64,000 nt of DNA from the NCBI GenBank assembly GCA_964016885.1, contig OZ024740.1:57722001-57786000 (forward strand). Direction: 5' to 3'. Positions 49,087 to 62,576 of the stretch are shown piece after piece (the stretch's first letter is position 1; the number at the start of each line of letters is the position of its first letter). Both the position numbers and the translations under genes were made by a program. The notes below the pieces were generated by a model. That model was given only the letters and a program-made list of their open reading frames with translations, searched no databases and was not told the DNA's origin. Source of the DNA: Eledone cirrhosa (taxonomy: Eukaryota).

Positions 49087-49643
49087 AGTGAGAATACCTA
49101 CACACTCAAACTCTTACATATGCACACCCCCACGCAAAAAATAGAACCCATGTTTATATATACTCAATACTTTACGGATTACCTCAAACATATTCTGATT
49201 TTTGTTGAATCACTAAGTCTGACAAGCAGATCGCTGCTGGAGTCAGATTCATAGCTTCCATAGATGACCTTGAGTCAAACACTAGTGGAACGTATGCAAC
49301 ACGTCGATAATCAATAAAAAACATGTAAACAAGACTTTATCTCTTTTTTTAATATATACACTCTGCCTCTGCATTGAGTGCTCAAATTGGTACCACTACC
49401 AGTAAATCACTGAATCACCTATACTATATATATACATATATATACATATATATATATATACACACACACACACTCTGCTACCAGGGGAAACAATCATTAA
49501 ATGATGTTGATGATGATGATTATATACATATATATATATTATCATCGTTTAATGTCCATTTTCCACGCTAGCATGGATATATACATAAACACATATATAA
49601 TGTATACATAAATACATATATTAATATACATAAATACATATAT

Positions 49644-50755
49644 ATCATCATCATCATCATCATTGATTAATGTCTATCTTCCACACTAGTATGTGTTAGA
49701 CAGGTTTGTCCCATTCAGAGGCAAATTGGGTCGGGTGACCGTGTCTCGCTCATATAGGAGAGTTTCTGGCTGGTTTTCTATGGCTGGATGACCTTCCTAA
49801 CGTAAACCACATTGACAGTGTGGGCTGGGTGCTTTTCGTCATGACACCTACATGATCACTTTACAGTGTGGGCTGGATGTTTTGTGGTACCAGTATAATA
49901 TACATATATATAACATATATATACATGCAAATATCATGATAATGATATACACATATATATATATATTTGCGTGCCACTATGCCACTATATATACCATATA
50001 TGCAATATATACACATATCATACATATACATACACACTTCATATATATACACACATAAATATATCATCAACCTTGTCGATTAGCGTCCATCATTCATGGG
50101 TAGGACAGATTGACCCTTGATTAGCTCACCAGGGGCAGATTTTGTCTTGGTTTCTACAGGTGGGTGCCCTTCCTACTGCCAACAGCATTTACAGTGTGTG
50201 CTGGGTGATTTTGTCTTGTCACCTACTCAACCACATTATAGTGTAGACTGGACGCATTTTGTGGTGACACCTACATGACCACTTTACAGTGTGGACTGGC
50301 CACTTTTGTCATGTCACCGACACAACCAATTTACAGTGGGGTCTTGGTACTAGGGAGGGGTGAGGAAGCTTGGGGAGAAATGTGGAGAGAGTAGTATGAG
50401 AAGTATGGTTACTGCTAAGGGAGGTGAATGAGAGGGGGTAGAAGGTTGAGGAAGGTGTTGCCTTCTAGGTATAAGCCTCATCATGAGAATAATAGAGGGC
50501 AGGTCTTCTGTAAAACTGTATAGCGCCAGAGGTCACGGTCCTGTGTCATTGCCTTTGAGAGGTGTAATTATGCAAGGTCAGCTTTTATTACCTCATCCCA
50601 AATCTTCCTAGGCCTGCCCACACCACGGCTACCATGGACTTTGAGTGCTCTGCACCTTATACAGCTGTCATCCTTCATAGGCATCACATGTCCATACCAA
50701 CACAATCTCCTCTCCTGCATGCAACAACTGATCCCTCTTATACCTAATTTCTCAT
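49644..50755 (-). mobile_element. Older RTE 3' fragment(s), interrupted by a low-complexity AT/CA tract
   Basis: 50500-50755 is homologous to the RTE C-terminus. UTR repeats and tail motifs at 49645-49890 and 50060-50340. Confidence 0.75.
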
Positions 50756-50876
50756 GCAGTATATCTTACCACACCTGGTATCTTACCACACTTTCCTTAT
50801 TATATATATACATAAATACATAAGTATATACATAAATACATACATATATATATACATACATATATGTATATATAAA

Positions 50877-50884
<8 letters not shown>

Positions 50885-50942
<58 letters not shown>
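50885..50942. repeat. (TG)n microsatellite
   Basis: Seen directly. Confidence 0.95.
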
Positions 50943-50945
<3 letters not shown>

Positions 50946-51085
50946 CACACATATATATATTACTCTCACATTTATGTGTGTATGTGCATTTGTGTGTGAG
51001 TTTAGTTTAAAACATTGATTTCTTACTCAAGCAAAAGGTCAATTTTTGGAGAAGGAAAGGAGTTTAAAATATTAAAATATATAAT

Positions 51086-51426
51086 GGAGGCACATGGGTT
51101 AGTGGTTAGAGCATTGGCCTTGCAATCGAAAGGTTGTGAGTTCAATTCTCAGACCGGGTGATGTGTTGTTTCCTTGAGCAAGATACTTTATTTCACATTG
51201 CTCCAGTTTACTCAGCTGTAGAAATGAGATGATAGGGACTGGAGTCCATATCATTCCACTGCAAAGTGGTCGTGGAGGTGTCACGGCAAAAAAGCACCCA
51301 GCACTCACTGTAAATGAGGTTGGTGTTAGGAAGGGCATCCAGCTGTAGAAATCAAGCCAGAATCAGTTCCCGTCCCTCCCTTGCAAGCAGGGAAAAGTGG
51401 ACGTAAAATGATGATGATGATGATGA
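51086..51426 (+). mobile_element. Full-length SINE S1 with RTE-A tail
   Basis: ggaggcacatgg.ttagtggttag tRNA-like head, B-box, CORE-like box, RTE UTR motif, tail shared with 39530-39590. Confidence 0.92.
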
Positions 51427-52186
51427 ATGCTACAGGAACAACCTAAAGGTTTTAGAGATATGTGATATCTAATGAAATGTTAAAATATTTCTCTCTGGAA
51501 GCAAGATCATATTTTGCCCAAAGTCAAATTCCTCACTTTAGCAATATTCAGTATTTCCAGTTAACATGTATTTAGCATAATGTAAAGATAGTTTTAGCAT
51601 TACAAAAGATTCGAGAACATTCCAGAAACCATACATTGTAATTTCAAGAAATCATTAAAATTAGATTTTTCTAAAAATATAAAATTGTTATCATATAAAA
51701 CAAGTATTTTTATGAATATATTTAAAAGCATTATGAATATATACATTCACTTTATCCTTTCAATCCTCAATTTATCAAGAGATTAATTTTGTTTCCGTAA
51801 AAGATGCTACATGCATTCTTTCCAGAAATGATTTCTTATACAAAAAAATATTGGCAAAAACAGAAGTAAGATGAAATAATAATAATAATAATACTGATAC
51901 CAATTTCTCTAAAAATACATTCTCAGACGTTAATAAGAGTTTTGCTTTACAAATAATCTTGTATCTGAAAGCAGAAATGTAAAATATCTACTTTGCAAAG
52001 AAAATATTTTGCTGCATCAATAGAAAATGTTTTACAAATGTGTCAAGTTATGTTTGAAAATAAGAAAAACCTGTTTCGGTAAGTGAAAGGAGAAAGTGTC
52101 ATCATATTCAGATTGCATATACAAACACAGGAGGTTCTATATAAGACATTTCTTCGCATTGCTTCAATTATTCTACAACTAAAGTG

Positions 52187-52220
<34 letters not shown>

Positions 52221-52255
52221 TATATAGATATATGGGGGGAGTGAGTATGTGTATT

Positions 52256-52294
<39 letters not shown>

Positions 52295-54899
52295 GGTGGG
52301 TGATAAAGAAACAGATATATAATGCCGTCCAACCCAGCCAGCATGGAAAAAAAACAATTATATATATATATATTAAGTGTAACTAGATATATAAATTTCA
52401 GAAAGAAGAAAAAAAACATGGTATTATTTTTCTTTATTAAGTGTGGAAACCTAGTTTTTTCCCTAATTATGTTTATAAGAGGTTTCCAAAATGTAGGTTA
52501 GCTTCAAAAATAGTTTATTCAGTTTTCTTTACATATATAAATATGAAATAAAGAGTACTTGTTACTTTAAAAACAACTTCACTTAATAAAATACTATTAG
52601 AATGCACAAATTCAACTTAAAATATGTGTGAAAACAAAAACCAGACATTATCATCATCATTGCTTTTTATACGTCCACTTTTCCATGCTTCTGTGGATTG
52701 GATGAGACACTATGAAGCAGTTCTTATAAGGCTAGATGCCCTTCATAACTCAAACTTTTACTTTATTTTCTTAAGTATGATATATAGTGTTGACATTCAT
52801 TGAATCACTAATTTCTGGAATATATTGTCTATGGAGGACATAAACAAATGCCACACCTACTTTTTTTAAGTGTTGGTATGAAAATGTTCACAGCAACTGA
52901 CACACACACATATGACTGGCTTCCTTAAAGTTTCCATCTACCAAATGCACTCACAAGGAATTGGTTGCCTTGTGGCTTCAGTAAAAGAAACTTACCTAAA
53001 GTGAAACTCAGTAGGACTGAACCTGAAACCATGTGATTCTTAAACAAATTTCTTAACTACAAAGCAATGCTCCCTGCATAGTCATGTAATGTATTTATTT
53101 AACTAGCCTAGTTTTTATATTAAACATGATTTTGTTGAGCCAAAAATTAGAAATACATAGCAGGAAAACAGTGATCCCAGATCAGATTTTATTTTCAAAA
53201 ATTCTCAGGTGTACTGCTGCAAGAATCTCTAAAGTAAAAGGATCAACATTATAAAGCTTAGAAAAGACTTTAGTAAATACTTTTACATATTTTGTTAGTA
53301 ATATAAGATCCTTTATATATTTTGTTAATAATCTAAACTCTGAATCTAGCATCAAATCTTAACGAAAAGTTTGTACTTTATTTTATCTGTATTACATTTT
53401 ATCTTTTTTTACTTTCTAACATGAGTAAAATGCATTTGTAAAATTAAATATGTGCATATGGATTGTAAAGGAAACTACTTTTCTTTATCATCATCATCAT
53501 TTTACGTCCGCTTTTCCCTGCTTGCATGGAAATTACAAACACAATTATAAAGCATGAATGGAATTAATATTTATCTAGGTTTCATTGCCAGACAGGCTGG
53601 GGATCACAAGCTGACAAAGTACTACCTGCTTTAGGATAGATTTCTTTTTTTTTTTTACCTTATAGTGGCAGAAACATTCAGGTCCCTGGACTGCCAAACC
53701 AACTCCATACTCAATCTGATAGTAGGAAAGAGCCCCATGGGGTAAAAGGGCTTTTTCAGTGCATGCCCCTCATCATTCTTCAAGATAATTTATTTGCCAT
53801 TTTGTCTGCTAAGACCAGAGAAATTTTACGACATGGTGTGATGTAACCAAATATTTATGTTTTAAAAAAATTTAAACAAGAGAAATATTCAAAACTGAAA
53901 ATACACTAAGCAATATTATAGATATATTAGTCACACTCCAGGCACATGGCTCTAACATTACAAGGTATGTCCTGGCCTGGAATTCCCAAATCAAGAGATA
54001 AATACTGCAGTCTCTATGCCAACAATAAACAAAATAAGAAACTGAGTTTTTACTTTGCTTTTCTCAAAATATTTTTTTTTTAAACTGAAGGAGAAAGAAA
54101 GAAAACCAGAAACTGTTCTACTCATACTCTTTTACTAATTTCAGTCATTAGATGTTACCCATGCTGGAGCACAACCTTAAAGAGATTTAGTCCATCTTAT
54201 TGACCCCAGAGATTAGTTTTTCGAGTTTTGTACTTAATTTATTGATATATTTTTGTTTAAATAGCAAAGTTGCAGACACATCAATCGTGAAATGTGTGTC
54301 ACATCTCAATAAACATAATCAAAAATTTGACACCTTGTCCATATTATATACGAGCAGACGAACCGCCCTTCAGTCAGTTTTCTGCTAGCATATGTAGTGT
54401 GCATATTGATATTATACATAAATATATATGCATATAGATATGATATGTAAATTGAAAAGTAAATTGACAATATGCACATAAATGTTATGATATATAAATG
54501 TTATGATATAAAGATGGAAATAGAAAAGTTCATATATAATGATATATATAAGCGTTATGATATAACAATCAAAATATTACGATATAAACACTAACGGAAG
54601 TGGACATTTTAAAGTTTTAACAGAACTGAATCTTAAAATAAGTAATACATTTATATATAAGATTATTTATGTTTAATCAAGAGCTAAGAAATTTAGTAGA
54701 TAAATTAGGATCAACAGAGGGAGGGTTGAGATGGTGATTATGACTGCTCATGACAGTACAGGCACTGAAAACCCTTAGTGAAACCAGGTCATACTCAATT
54801 GTGAGCAATGGCTGTAGTTTTCTTTTAGTATATGTGTATTTATATGTTGAAGCATACAAACAAATGGTAAAAAATACTCAATACAGTGTATTTATGAAT

Positions 54900-56370
54900 G
54901 ATAATGATAATGAAATTATTGTGTAAAGTGCTCAGGAGCACTACAACTCGTCAATATAGTACATAGAATAATACACAAATGTCAGGGAAGTACATGTGTG
55001 TATGTGTTAGCTGTAGTGTTGGTGGATCTTGGGAAGCATGGAGGCCTTAAAGGATGCAGTGTCTCGACAGCTAACAACTGATGCAGGTAGTTTGTTCCAT
55101 GCTTCAGCAACTCTGAGCGTGAAAAAATGTTTCCGAAAGTCATGGGAACTGTGCTGTTTTCTTACTTTGTGGGCATGTCCATGTGTGTTAGACACATGGA
55201 AATCAAAAAGGTACTCAGGGTTGTTGTTGGCAACATGGTTAACAATTTTGTGGGTGTTTACCAAGTAAGTTGCCAGGCGTCGGAGCTTCAATGAATCCAT
55301 GCCCAGAGAAGCAAGGCGCTCAGAGTATGGTAGATGCCTGATGGAGGGTATTCACTTGGTTGCACATCTCTGAACAGTTTCCAGGCGGTCAATGTCCTGA
55401 GCAAGATAGGGGTTCCAGACTGGTGATGCAAATTCTAAGTGTCGTCGCACCATAGCTGTATACAGCCTTAAATAGATATCTGGAGAGCGGCTGACAAAGG
55501 TCTTGCTGAGTGATGCTAAGACACCCTCGGCCCTCTTGACAATTTTAGAGATGTGCCTCGTCCAATGCAAATCGCTGCTGACCGTAATGCCCAGGTCACG
55601 TTCACAAGAAGACTTCTTGATATTAGTGCTGTGGAGGGAGTATGTGGACGCTGGGTTTTTACTCCCAAAATGCATGGTGGTGCACTTGTCCACAGCTAGC
55701 TTGAGTTGCCAGCCTGAGATCCATTGTTGAATTGTGTCCAGGTCAGACTGCAAGCAAGATCTATAGTGTTCAGGATCTGTCCTTTTTATCTCAAGGTACA
55801 GCTTGATGTCGTCTGCGTACTTTAGTACTGTGGCATTCCTTAAGTTGGCATCTATGTCATTAATATATGCCACAAACAAAAGGGGGCCAAGAACAGATCC
55901 CTGTGGTACACCAGATGAGATCTCATATGGTGAGGAATGCTGTCCCAGAACCGTGACTACCTCTCTTCGACTGAGAATGAAGGACTTCAACCAGTTAAAA
56001 AGATCATCCTTCACACCCATTGCAGAGAGTTTTGCCATAAGCCTTTTGTGTGGCACAGAATTGAAGGCCTTCGCAAAGTCAAGGTAAACAACATCCACCC
56101 ATGAGCCGCCATCAGTGATCCGGGTGATGTCCGCAAGAAACTCTATAAGTTGATCACAGCAGCTGGAGTTGGGGATAAATCCAAATTGCGAGGGCCGGAT
56201 AAGACTGTGAGAGCTCCAGAAGTTCCAAAGTGTTTCTCAGACACAGGATTCCATCAGTTTGGCGATGCAACTAGTAAGACTGACTGGACGATAGTTCACA
56301 GGTGATGTGCGGTCACCCTTTTTGAACAGAGGAATGACACTGGCAGTTTTCCACTGTTCTGGAGTAGCAT
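54900..56370 (-). mobile_element. 5'-truncated CR1-clade LINE (RT pseudogene)
   Basis: WKTASVIPLFKKG...NYRPVSLTS, YLDFAKAF, GVPQGSVLGP, YADD, HFFTLRVAEAWNKLP. Two in-frame TGA stops (likely from CGA). 3'UTR hairpin agtgctcaggagcact and ATT-rich tail. Confidence 0.93.
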
Positions 56371-58047
56371 GTACGTGTCTGTGTGTGCGCACATACACAA
56401 AGGATAGTGAATCCTCTGTTGATTTTGAAGATGAGCATTCAGTTGTTTGATCAACTGTATGTCTTTCTCATTAAAGTAATATGTAAGTGGCTGAGTATTC
56501 CAGACAAGGTGACAAGACAGAACCTTTGAATTACAGGTACAATCCATCTGACAGACTTCCACACAATTTATATTTAACCAATTTCCCCCACAAAGCTTGG
56601 TATGGCCTAAGGCAATGGTAAAAGACACTTGCATAAGGTGCCATGTAGTGGGATTGAACCCAAAACCTCATGTTTGCAAAGCAAGCTTTTTAATCACTTG
56701 GCCATGCCTGTATCCCTATACACAGGAACATGTATTATCTAAGATAACAAGAAAAATAATAAGGCTTCTTTTTATGTCATAAGATATCCAATGCTAATAT
56801 TTCTAATAATGTAGAGTCAGTTATTTTAAAATTCCTCTAATGATAACATGATTGGTAAAATGTCTGGAATAGTTTTCCAACACTTCATGGTCCTATGATT
56901 CTTCCTTTCTCCTCACATATATTTATACACTGATGATTCTGTGCACTTATTTGCACAACATAAAGTTGACATTACCCAATAACTAACTCTAGTAGGGAAA
57001 ACAAAAGACACTAAATTTGTTTAATGTGTGAAATGATTTTATCAAACTGAAGGAGATAACTGCAAACAGTCATGTGGAAATTGTCTGTAGCATATATTAA
57101 ATGGTAGTCTTGAGGCACATGGTCTACAATAAATAAAAAATAAATAAAAGCACATTTTCTAGGAGTGCTAACTGAAAGGATTTACTGCATCAATAGAATT
57201 TTCCTACAGTTATTTCACTAAAAGCCATATTGAATTTCAGAAAGTTTTCCTTGTTTGGGATTTTATGTATTCTTTTCTAATGGCTTAGTCAGAGGACTAG
57301 TATCTATATGACTGATGAGGGGAAATCAGAAAGTTATCTAATGGCCAGAGACATGCATATAACAAAGTCAGTTCCACTAAAAGCACCTAACTACTAAACA
57401 GCGGAATTAAACAAGGTGATAGATTAAGTCTATCAACTAAGAACAGAAACAGTCCCTCCAGGCATATATCATTACGATAGAAATGGTGATGGTCTATGTA
57501 TTTACGATATGATACATACACATATGATTTTGCTTATTTGGAAAAAAAATCAATCATTTTCAATCATCTGAAATTATCAAATCAACACATCAATACACTT
57601 CCTCTTCTTTATCAATGAGTTATTGAGGACTTTCATATTCAACCATTTAACAAACCAATATCAATATAGGATACTACATATTTGTTGAAATTTATTTTCC
57701 AAGTATTATTTCAATAACATTAGGATCCTACACAATGTCATCTGGAAATTAACTTAGATCTTTATCAAGTCAGTTGATTCAAGTTGTAAGTTCAGACAGC
57801 ATCCATTCATTGAACTGTCTATAGCTAAAAATTCTTAGTCTGTAAAAAATATAGGTTAAACACATGATCAGCAAATTAACTGGGTCATTTTCAGTGTTGA
57901 TGTGAAACTCAATTGTTTTATACGCTGTCAAACATGTAAGTGCTTTTCGCACACTTGCTAAAATAACAGTTTGGTTCAAGTCACTTCTGGCAGAAATGTT
58001 ATCTCACCAAATAATTGAGTATCATTCAAAATTTCTTGTACTAATAG

Positions 58048-58194
58048 CCATATCTGGCCAGAATTCTCTCACCTCTTTCTATTCAAACCAGCCATAACTA
58101 GCCACTTATACTGATGTTAAGGTATTGTTCTCAAAATAAATAATATCAAAATCTCATAGATTCGATATTATAAAGTAATGTAAATACTAAAGGG
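58048..58194. mobile_element. TTAA MITE M1 lacking its left TIR
   Basis: Internal M1 sequence, right end AAATACTAAAGGG|TTAA. Confidence 0.75.
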
Positions 58195-58454
58195 TTAACT
58201 GTCCCTTCTATGATAAAAAGCTGTTCATTTTAAAAAGTTTGTTTATCAAAAAATCTTCCATCATAATTTTATGTAAGAGCCATTGTTAAGTTATATCAAA
58301 ATGATTTGAACATCATAGGCAGTGTTTTTCATAAGATATATTGTAATGAAAAGATAACGATTGTGCTATATATTGAAATTTTAAATTTGTAAAAACTGTT
58401 TTACTGCCTTTTTAATGAACTTGGTGTTGTGTCGGTGACATGTGTGCATGATGA

Positions 58455-58850
58455 TCATCATCATCGTTTAACGTCCATCTTCCACGCTAGCATGGGTTTG
58501 GACGGGAATTTTCCCACTTGAGGCAAAATTGGTTGTCTTGCTCGTATAGGACTGTTTGGCGGGTTTTCTACGGCTGGATGCCCTTCCTAACACCAACCAC
58601 GTTTACAGTGTGGACTGGGAGGCTTTTACCATGTTACCTATACGGCCACATTACAGCGTGGACTGTGTGTTTTTTTGTCGTGACACCTACACGACCTCAT
58701 TTATTTAGGACTGGATGTTGTGGTACCCACATAACATTACATCAAAGGTGTGTGGGGTGGGGGGGGTAGTGGGGGGGGGGGGGGTATTTTGGTAAGAGGT
58801 GCCTACTGACTGTAGGTTTCGCTTTGTACTTAGGCAAGGCTGGTCCTCTG
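58455..58850 (-). mobile_element. RTE family B 3'UTR-only insertion
   Basis: Collinear with 59853-60235. Confidence 0.9.
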
Positions 58851-58996
58851 TGCATGTATATATATATATTTATATATATATATATATATATATATTAATT
58901 CAAATATTAACAAAAATAGATGTTCTTGTGATCAATTAAATTTTATTATACATATTTCAGAGGTATAAATATATATACATATATATTTATATATAT

Positions 58997-59060
58997 ATAA
59001 GACCCGTCCCACCCTTGCAAGCAGGGAAAAGCGGACGTAAAATGATGATGATGATGATGA
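58997..59060 (+). mobile_element. Extremely 5'-truncated RTE-A copy in (TA)n
   Basis: ataagacccgtcccacccttgcaagcagggaaaagcggacgtaaaatgatg is identical to the sequence from 39525 onward. Confidence 0.9.
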
Positions 59061-59064
59061 TTAT

Positions 59065-59460
59065 ACATATATAGTTGAGACAGTAAACAAAAAACAAAAA
59101 AACAACGTGGAAGTGAAGAGGTAGTACTAAATGTTAATATTAGTTTCACGCTTAAGAGTGGGGGGTAAGGGACGACGTTTCGGGCATAAGCCCTTCATCA
59201 GGAGAAAGTGGGCAGGAAAAGAGTTCTGAGGGTGTGAGAGGGAGTGGTGGAAAGACATTAAAAAGGGTGTGAGAGAAAAGGGAGGGCAAAAAATTTTTTT
59301 AGAGGGTAAAAGAGGGCTCGGACTGGAGGCATCTGAAGAGGGGGCGCGGGAGAGGGGTAGGGTAGAGGGGGTAGGGGTGACGGTGGCTGGGGTGCGTGGG
59401 TGTGGGGTGAAGGGGTGGACAGCACAGGTGCAAGCAAGGGTGGCGTGGACGAGGGAGGGG
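59065..59460 (-). mobile_element. Penelope-like element 3'/pseudo-LTR remnant with hammerhead-core motif
   Basis: Minus strand: pyrimidine-rich tract, then CTGATGA-A-GGGC-TTAT-GCCC-GAAAC-GTC-GTC (59171-59201), then a T-rich tail. Flanked by (TA)n. A similar tail motif (aagcgtgaa.ctaata) occurs at about 265-285 (+). Confidence 0.6.
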
Positions 59461-59471
59461 GGATATATATA

Positions 59472-59521
<50 letters not shown>

Positions 59522-59852
59522 AATGATCATGTGTTAAGAAGATAGCGGTGGATTTTGAAAATTGAAATGAATTAATAGCATACCGGTACCCATTTGTTTC
59601 TGTTCACTTATACAGCCTAGTATGAAACTATTTCTGTAGTCAAAATACAGCAAAAGCTACAAATTCAATTCAATATACATACATATATACATATATATAT
59701 ATATTACATATGTTAACAAATATTTGAGGAGCTTCCAATTCCAGAATCAGGTTTGATCATTAATCAATCGTTCCTCGAGCTGATCGACAGTGAAACATAT
59801 GTAATATGTAATTAAATATGTATATTATGCAACACTTATTCTTTGTTCCCTT

Positions 59853-61516
59853 ATCATCATCATCATCATCGTTTAACGTCCATATTCCACGCTTGCATGG
59901 GTTTGGACGGGAGTTTTCCCACTTGAAGCAAGAGTGGTTGTCTTGCTCGCATAGGACTATCTGGCGGGTTTTCTACGGCTGGATGCCCTTCCTAACCAAC
60001 CACATTTACAGTGTGGAACTGGGAGGTTTTTACCGTGTTACCTACATGGCTACATTACAGCATGGACTGTGTTTTTTTGTCGTGACACCTACACGACCTT
60101 GTTTCGGGCTGGATGTTGTGGTACCAACATAACTTTACATTGAAAGGGGTGGTGTGGATGGGGTGGGGGTGTATTTTGTTAGAGGTGCCTACTGACTGTG
60201 GTAGGTTTCACTTTGTACTTAGGTAAGGCGGGTCTTCTATATTACCGTGTAGCACCAAAGATCTCGGTCCAGTGACATTGTCTTGGAGAGGTGTAAGCGT
60301 GTGAGGTCGGAATTTATCAAGTCGTCCCAGGTTTTTCTGGGTCTGCCTACTCCGTGGCTACCATCTATTTTTATTGCCCTGCACTTTGTTATACAGCTAT
60401 CGTCCTTCATGTGCATCACGTGACCATACCAACGTAGCCTTCTCTCGAGTAAACAACATCTGATCCCTCTTATTTCTAATTTTTCCCTTTGTTCGTTTAT
60501 GCTTTGCCGTTCAAGTATATTACTATTACACATCCAGCGGAGCATGCAAGCTTCGTTCCTCTCTAGTCTGCGTATATCCTCTGCACACAATGCCCAGGTC
60601 TCACTGCCATGCAACATTGCTGTTCGTAATGCAGGCATCATACAGCCTGCCTTTCATTTTTAGGGAGAACCCTTTAGCGGCTAATAGTGGTATAAGCTCT
60701 CTGAACTTTTTCCATCCAGTTCTGACTCTAGCTACTGTATTTTCAGGCTACCCTCCCCCACTGCTGATTTTGTCACCCAGGTAACGGAAGCTGTCCACTA
60801 TTTCTATAGAACCATCTGTGCAATGGAATGAGCTAGTATTCTGTGGGCACTTGCTGCTACTTATTGCACCAGAACACCAGCCATATATAAAATCTGTGTT
60901 CTTAGTTAGCTTACCTGTGATCCCACTACATCTTTTATGCACCCATACTTTGCATTTGGGACATAAAATGGAGTTTCTACCTACTCCTTTCCTACACACT
61001 GAGCATGGCCATTATCCGGTTGGGACCGGCGCCCTATTTTCATTCCTACAAACTAGAACTTTAGTCTTAGACAGGTTAATTTTAAGGCCTTTTGATTCTA
61101 GGCCATGCTTCCATGTTTGGAATTTCTTCTCTAGTTCAGCCATTGATTCAGCTATGAGCGTTAGATCATCTGCGTATATGAGTTCCCATGGGCAGCCGGT
61201 CTTGAACTCCACTGTTATAGCCTGAAGGGCAATAATAAATAGTAGGGGGCTAAGAACAGAGCCCTGATGAACACCAACTTTTACGCTAAACTCTTCACTA
61301 TATTCATTGTTAATTCTAACCTTGCTGACTGTTTCTTTACACATGGCTTGTATAGCTCTCACAAGCCATTCATCAGCACCTAGTTTTCTAAGAGCCCACC
61401 AGATAATGGAACGGGGGACTCTGCCAAAGGCTTTCTCCAAGTCGACAAAAGCTAAGTAGAGGGGTTTACTTTTAGCTAGGTACTTCTCCTGTAGTTGTCG
61501 TACAATGAAAAGAGCG
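59853..61516 (-). mobile_element. 5'-truncated RTE LINE (family B), frameshifted
   Basis: ORFs 61012-61440, 60748-60999 and 60237-60641; 3'UTR; (GAT)n tail. Confidence 0.95.
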
Positions 61517-61784
61517 TGACATTCTGCTCGCCATGAGCATCAAGAGCTCATATCGGTATACCACCTACGGCCGCAATTAATTTGCACCTTTTGATACCTA
61601 TATACCTATCTATATATACATACATATATACATATACATATATATATATACATATACATATATATATATAGGTATATAGGAAGCTGCTCAAATATTTGTT
61701 AACATATGTAATATGTGATTAAATATGTATATGATGCAACACTGATTCTTTGTTTCTTTATACATTATTATTATTATTATTATC

Positions 61785-61823
<39 letters not shown>

Positions 61824-61937
61824 GTGACTGGCTTCTGTAAAGTTTCCTCTCAACCAATTTCTACTCATAAAGCTTTAGTAAATGTCACTTGCCCAGTGCC
61901 ATACAGTGGATCCAACTTGAAACCATGTAGTTGTAAA

Positions 61938-62576
61938 CAGAGCCAGATTTAGAACTTGGGGTGCCCAGGGTACTTCAGGTTTGGAGGGTCCTTCATACAC
62001 AAAAAATTAAAATACACACCAAACCACCAAATTTACATTTCAAAGTTGGCTTGGTGTTTGTAATTAGAATTGTCAAGTTATACATACAGATGTTAAATGA
62101 AAAAATCTAACCACTTTCATTCTAAGTACACTTTTCAAACTTAAATATACTTAAAAACAAACAAGCATACACACATACATTTATAAATACACCCATACAT
62201 TATATTCTTGCATAAAACTGAATGATCACATCTACAACCATCTGATGTTGCTAAGGTTGAGAAATTTTGATGAATTGCCATATGTATTTTTTGTTAAAAA
62301 TATTGTTCTGGTTAATGATTTGATGTCTCTAATGTCGCGAAATTTCGATTAATTAACCACAGGATTGACATTAAGTGCTTTTTGTTAAAAGTATTATTCA
62401 GATATGTTTAAAAGATAAAACCAAAAAGCCCATCAGGGAGTACGCCTTTGGCAGTCCTAGGATACACTTATCTTACTAACGCCCTACCCCCACCCCTGCT
62501 GATAAGGCCTCCCTCTTGATGAGTGGAGGGGGCCTAGGGCAAATGCCCTGTCTGCCCTGCTATAAATCCAGCCCTG
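61938..62576. mobile_element. hAT (Tip100-like) non-autonomous element inserted into an S2 SINE
   Basis: TIRs cagagccagattta / taaatccagccctg. TSD gttgtaaa / gttgtgaa. The host SINE (61825-62610, -) resumes on both sides. Confidence 0.85.

Noticed and set aside
48883-50999. Several His/Ile/Tyr/Thr-rich ORFs
   Set aside because: Translations of (TA)n, (CA)n and (TG)n tracts.
51086-51160. tRNA gene
   Set aside because: A and B boxes are present, but it is a SINE head followed by CORE and LINE tail, without a full cloverleaf.
57312-57333. CTGATGA...GAAA hammerhead-like string
   Set aside because: No stem II pairing and no cleavage triplet geometry.
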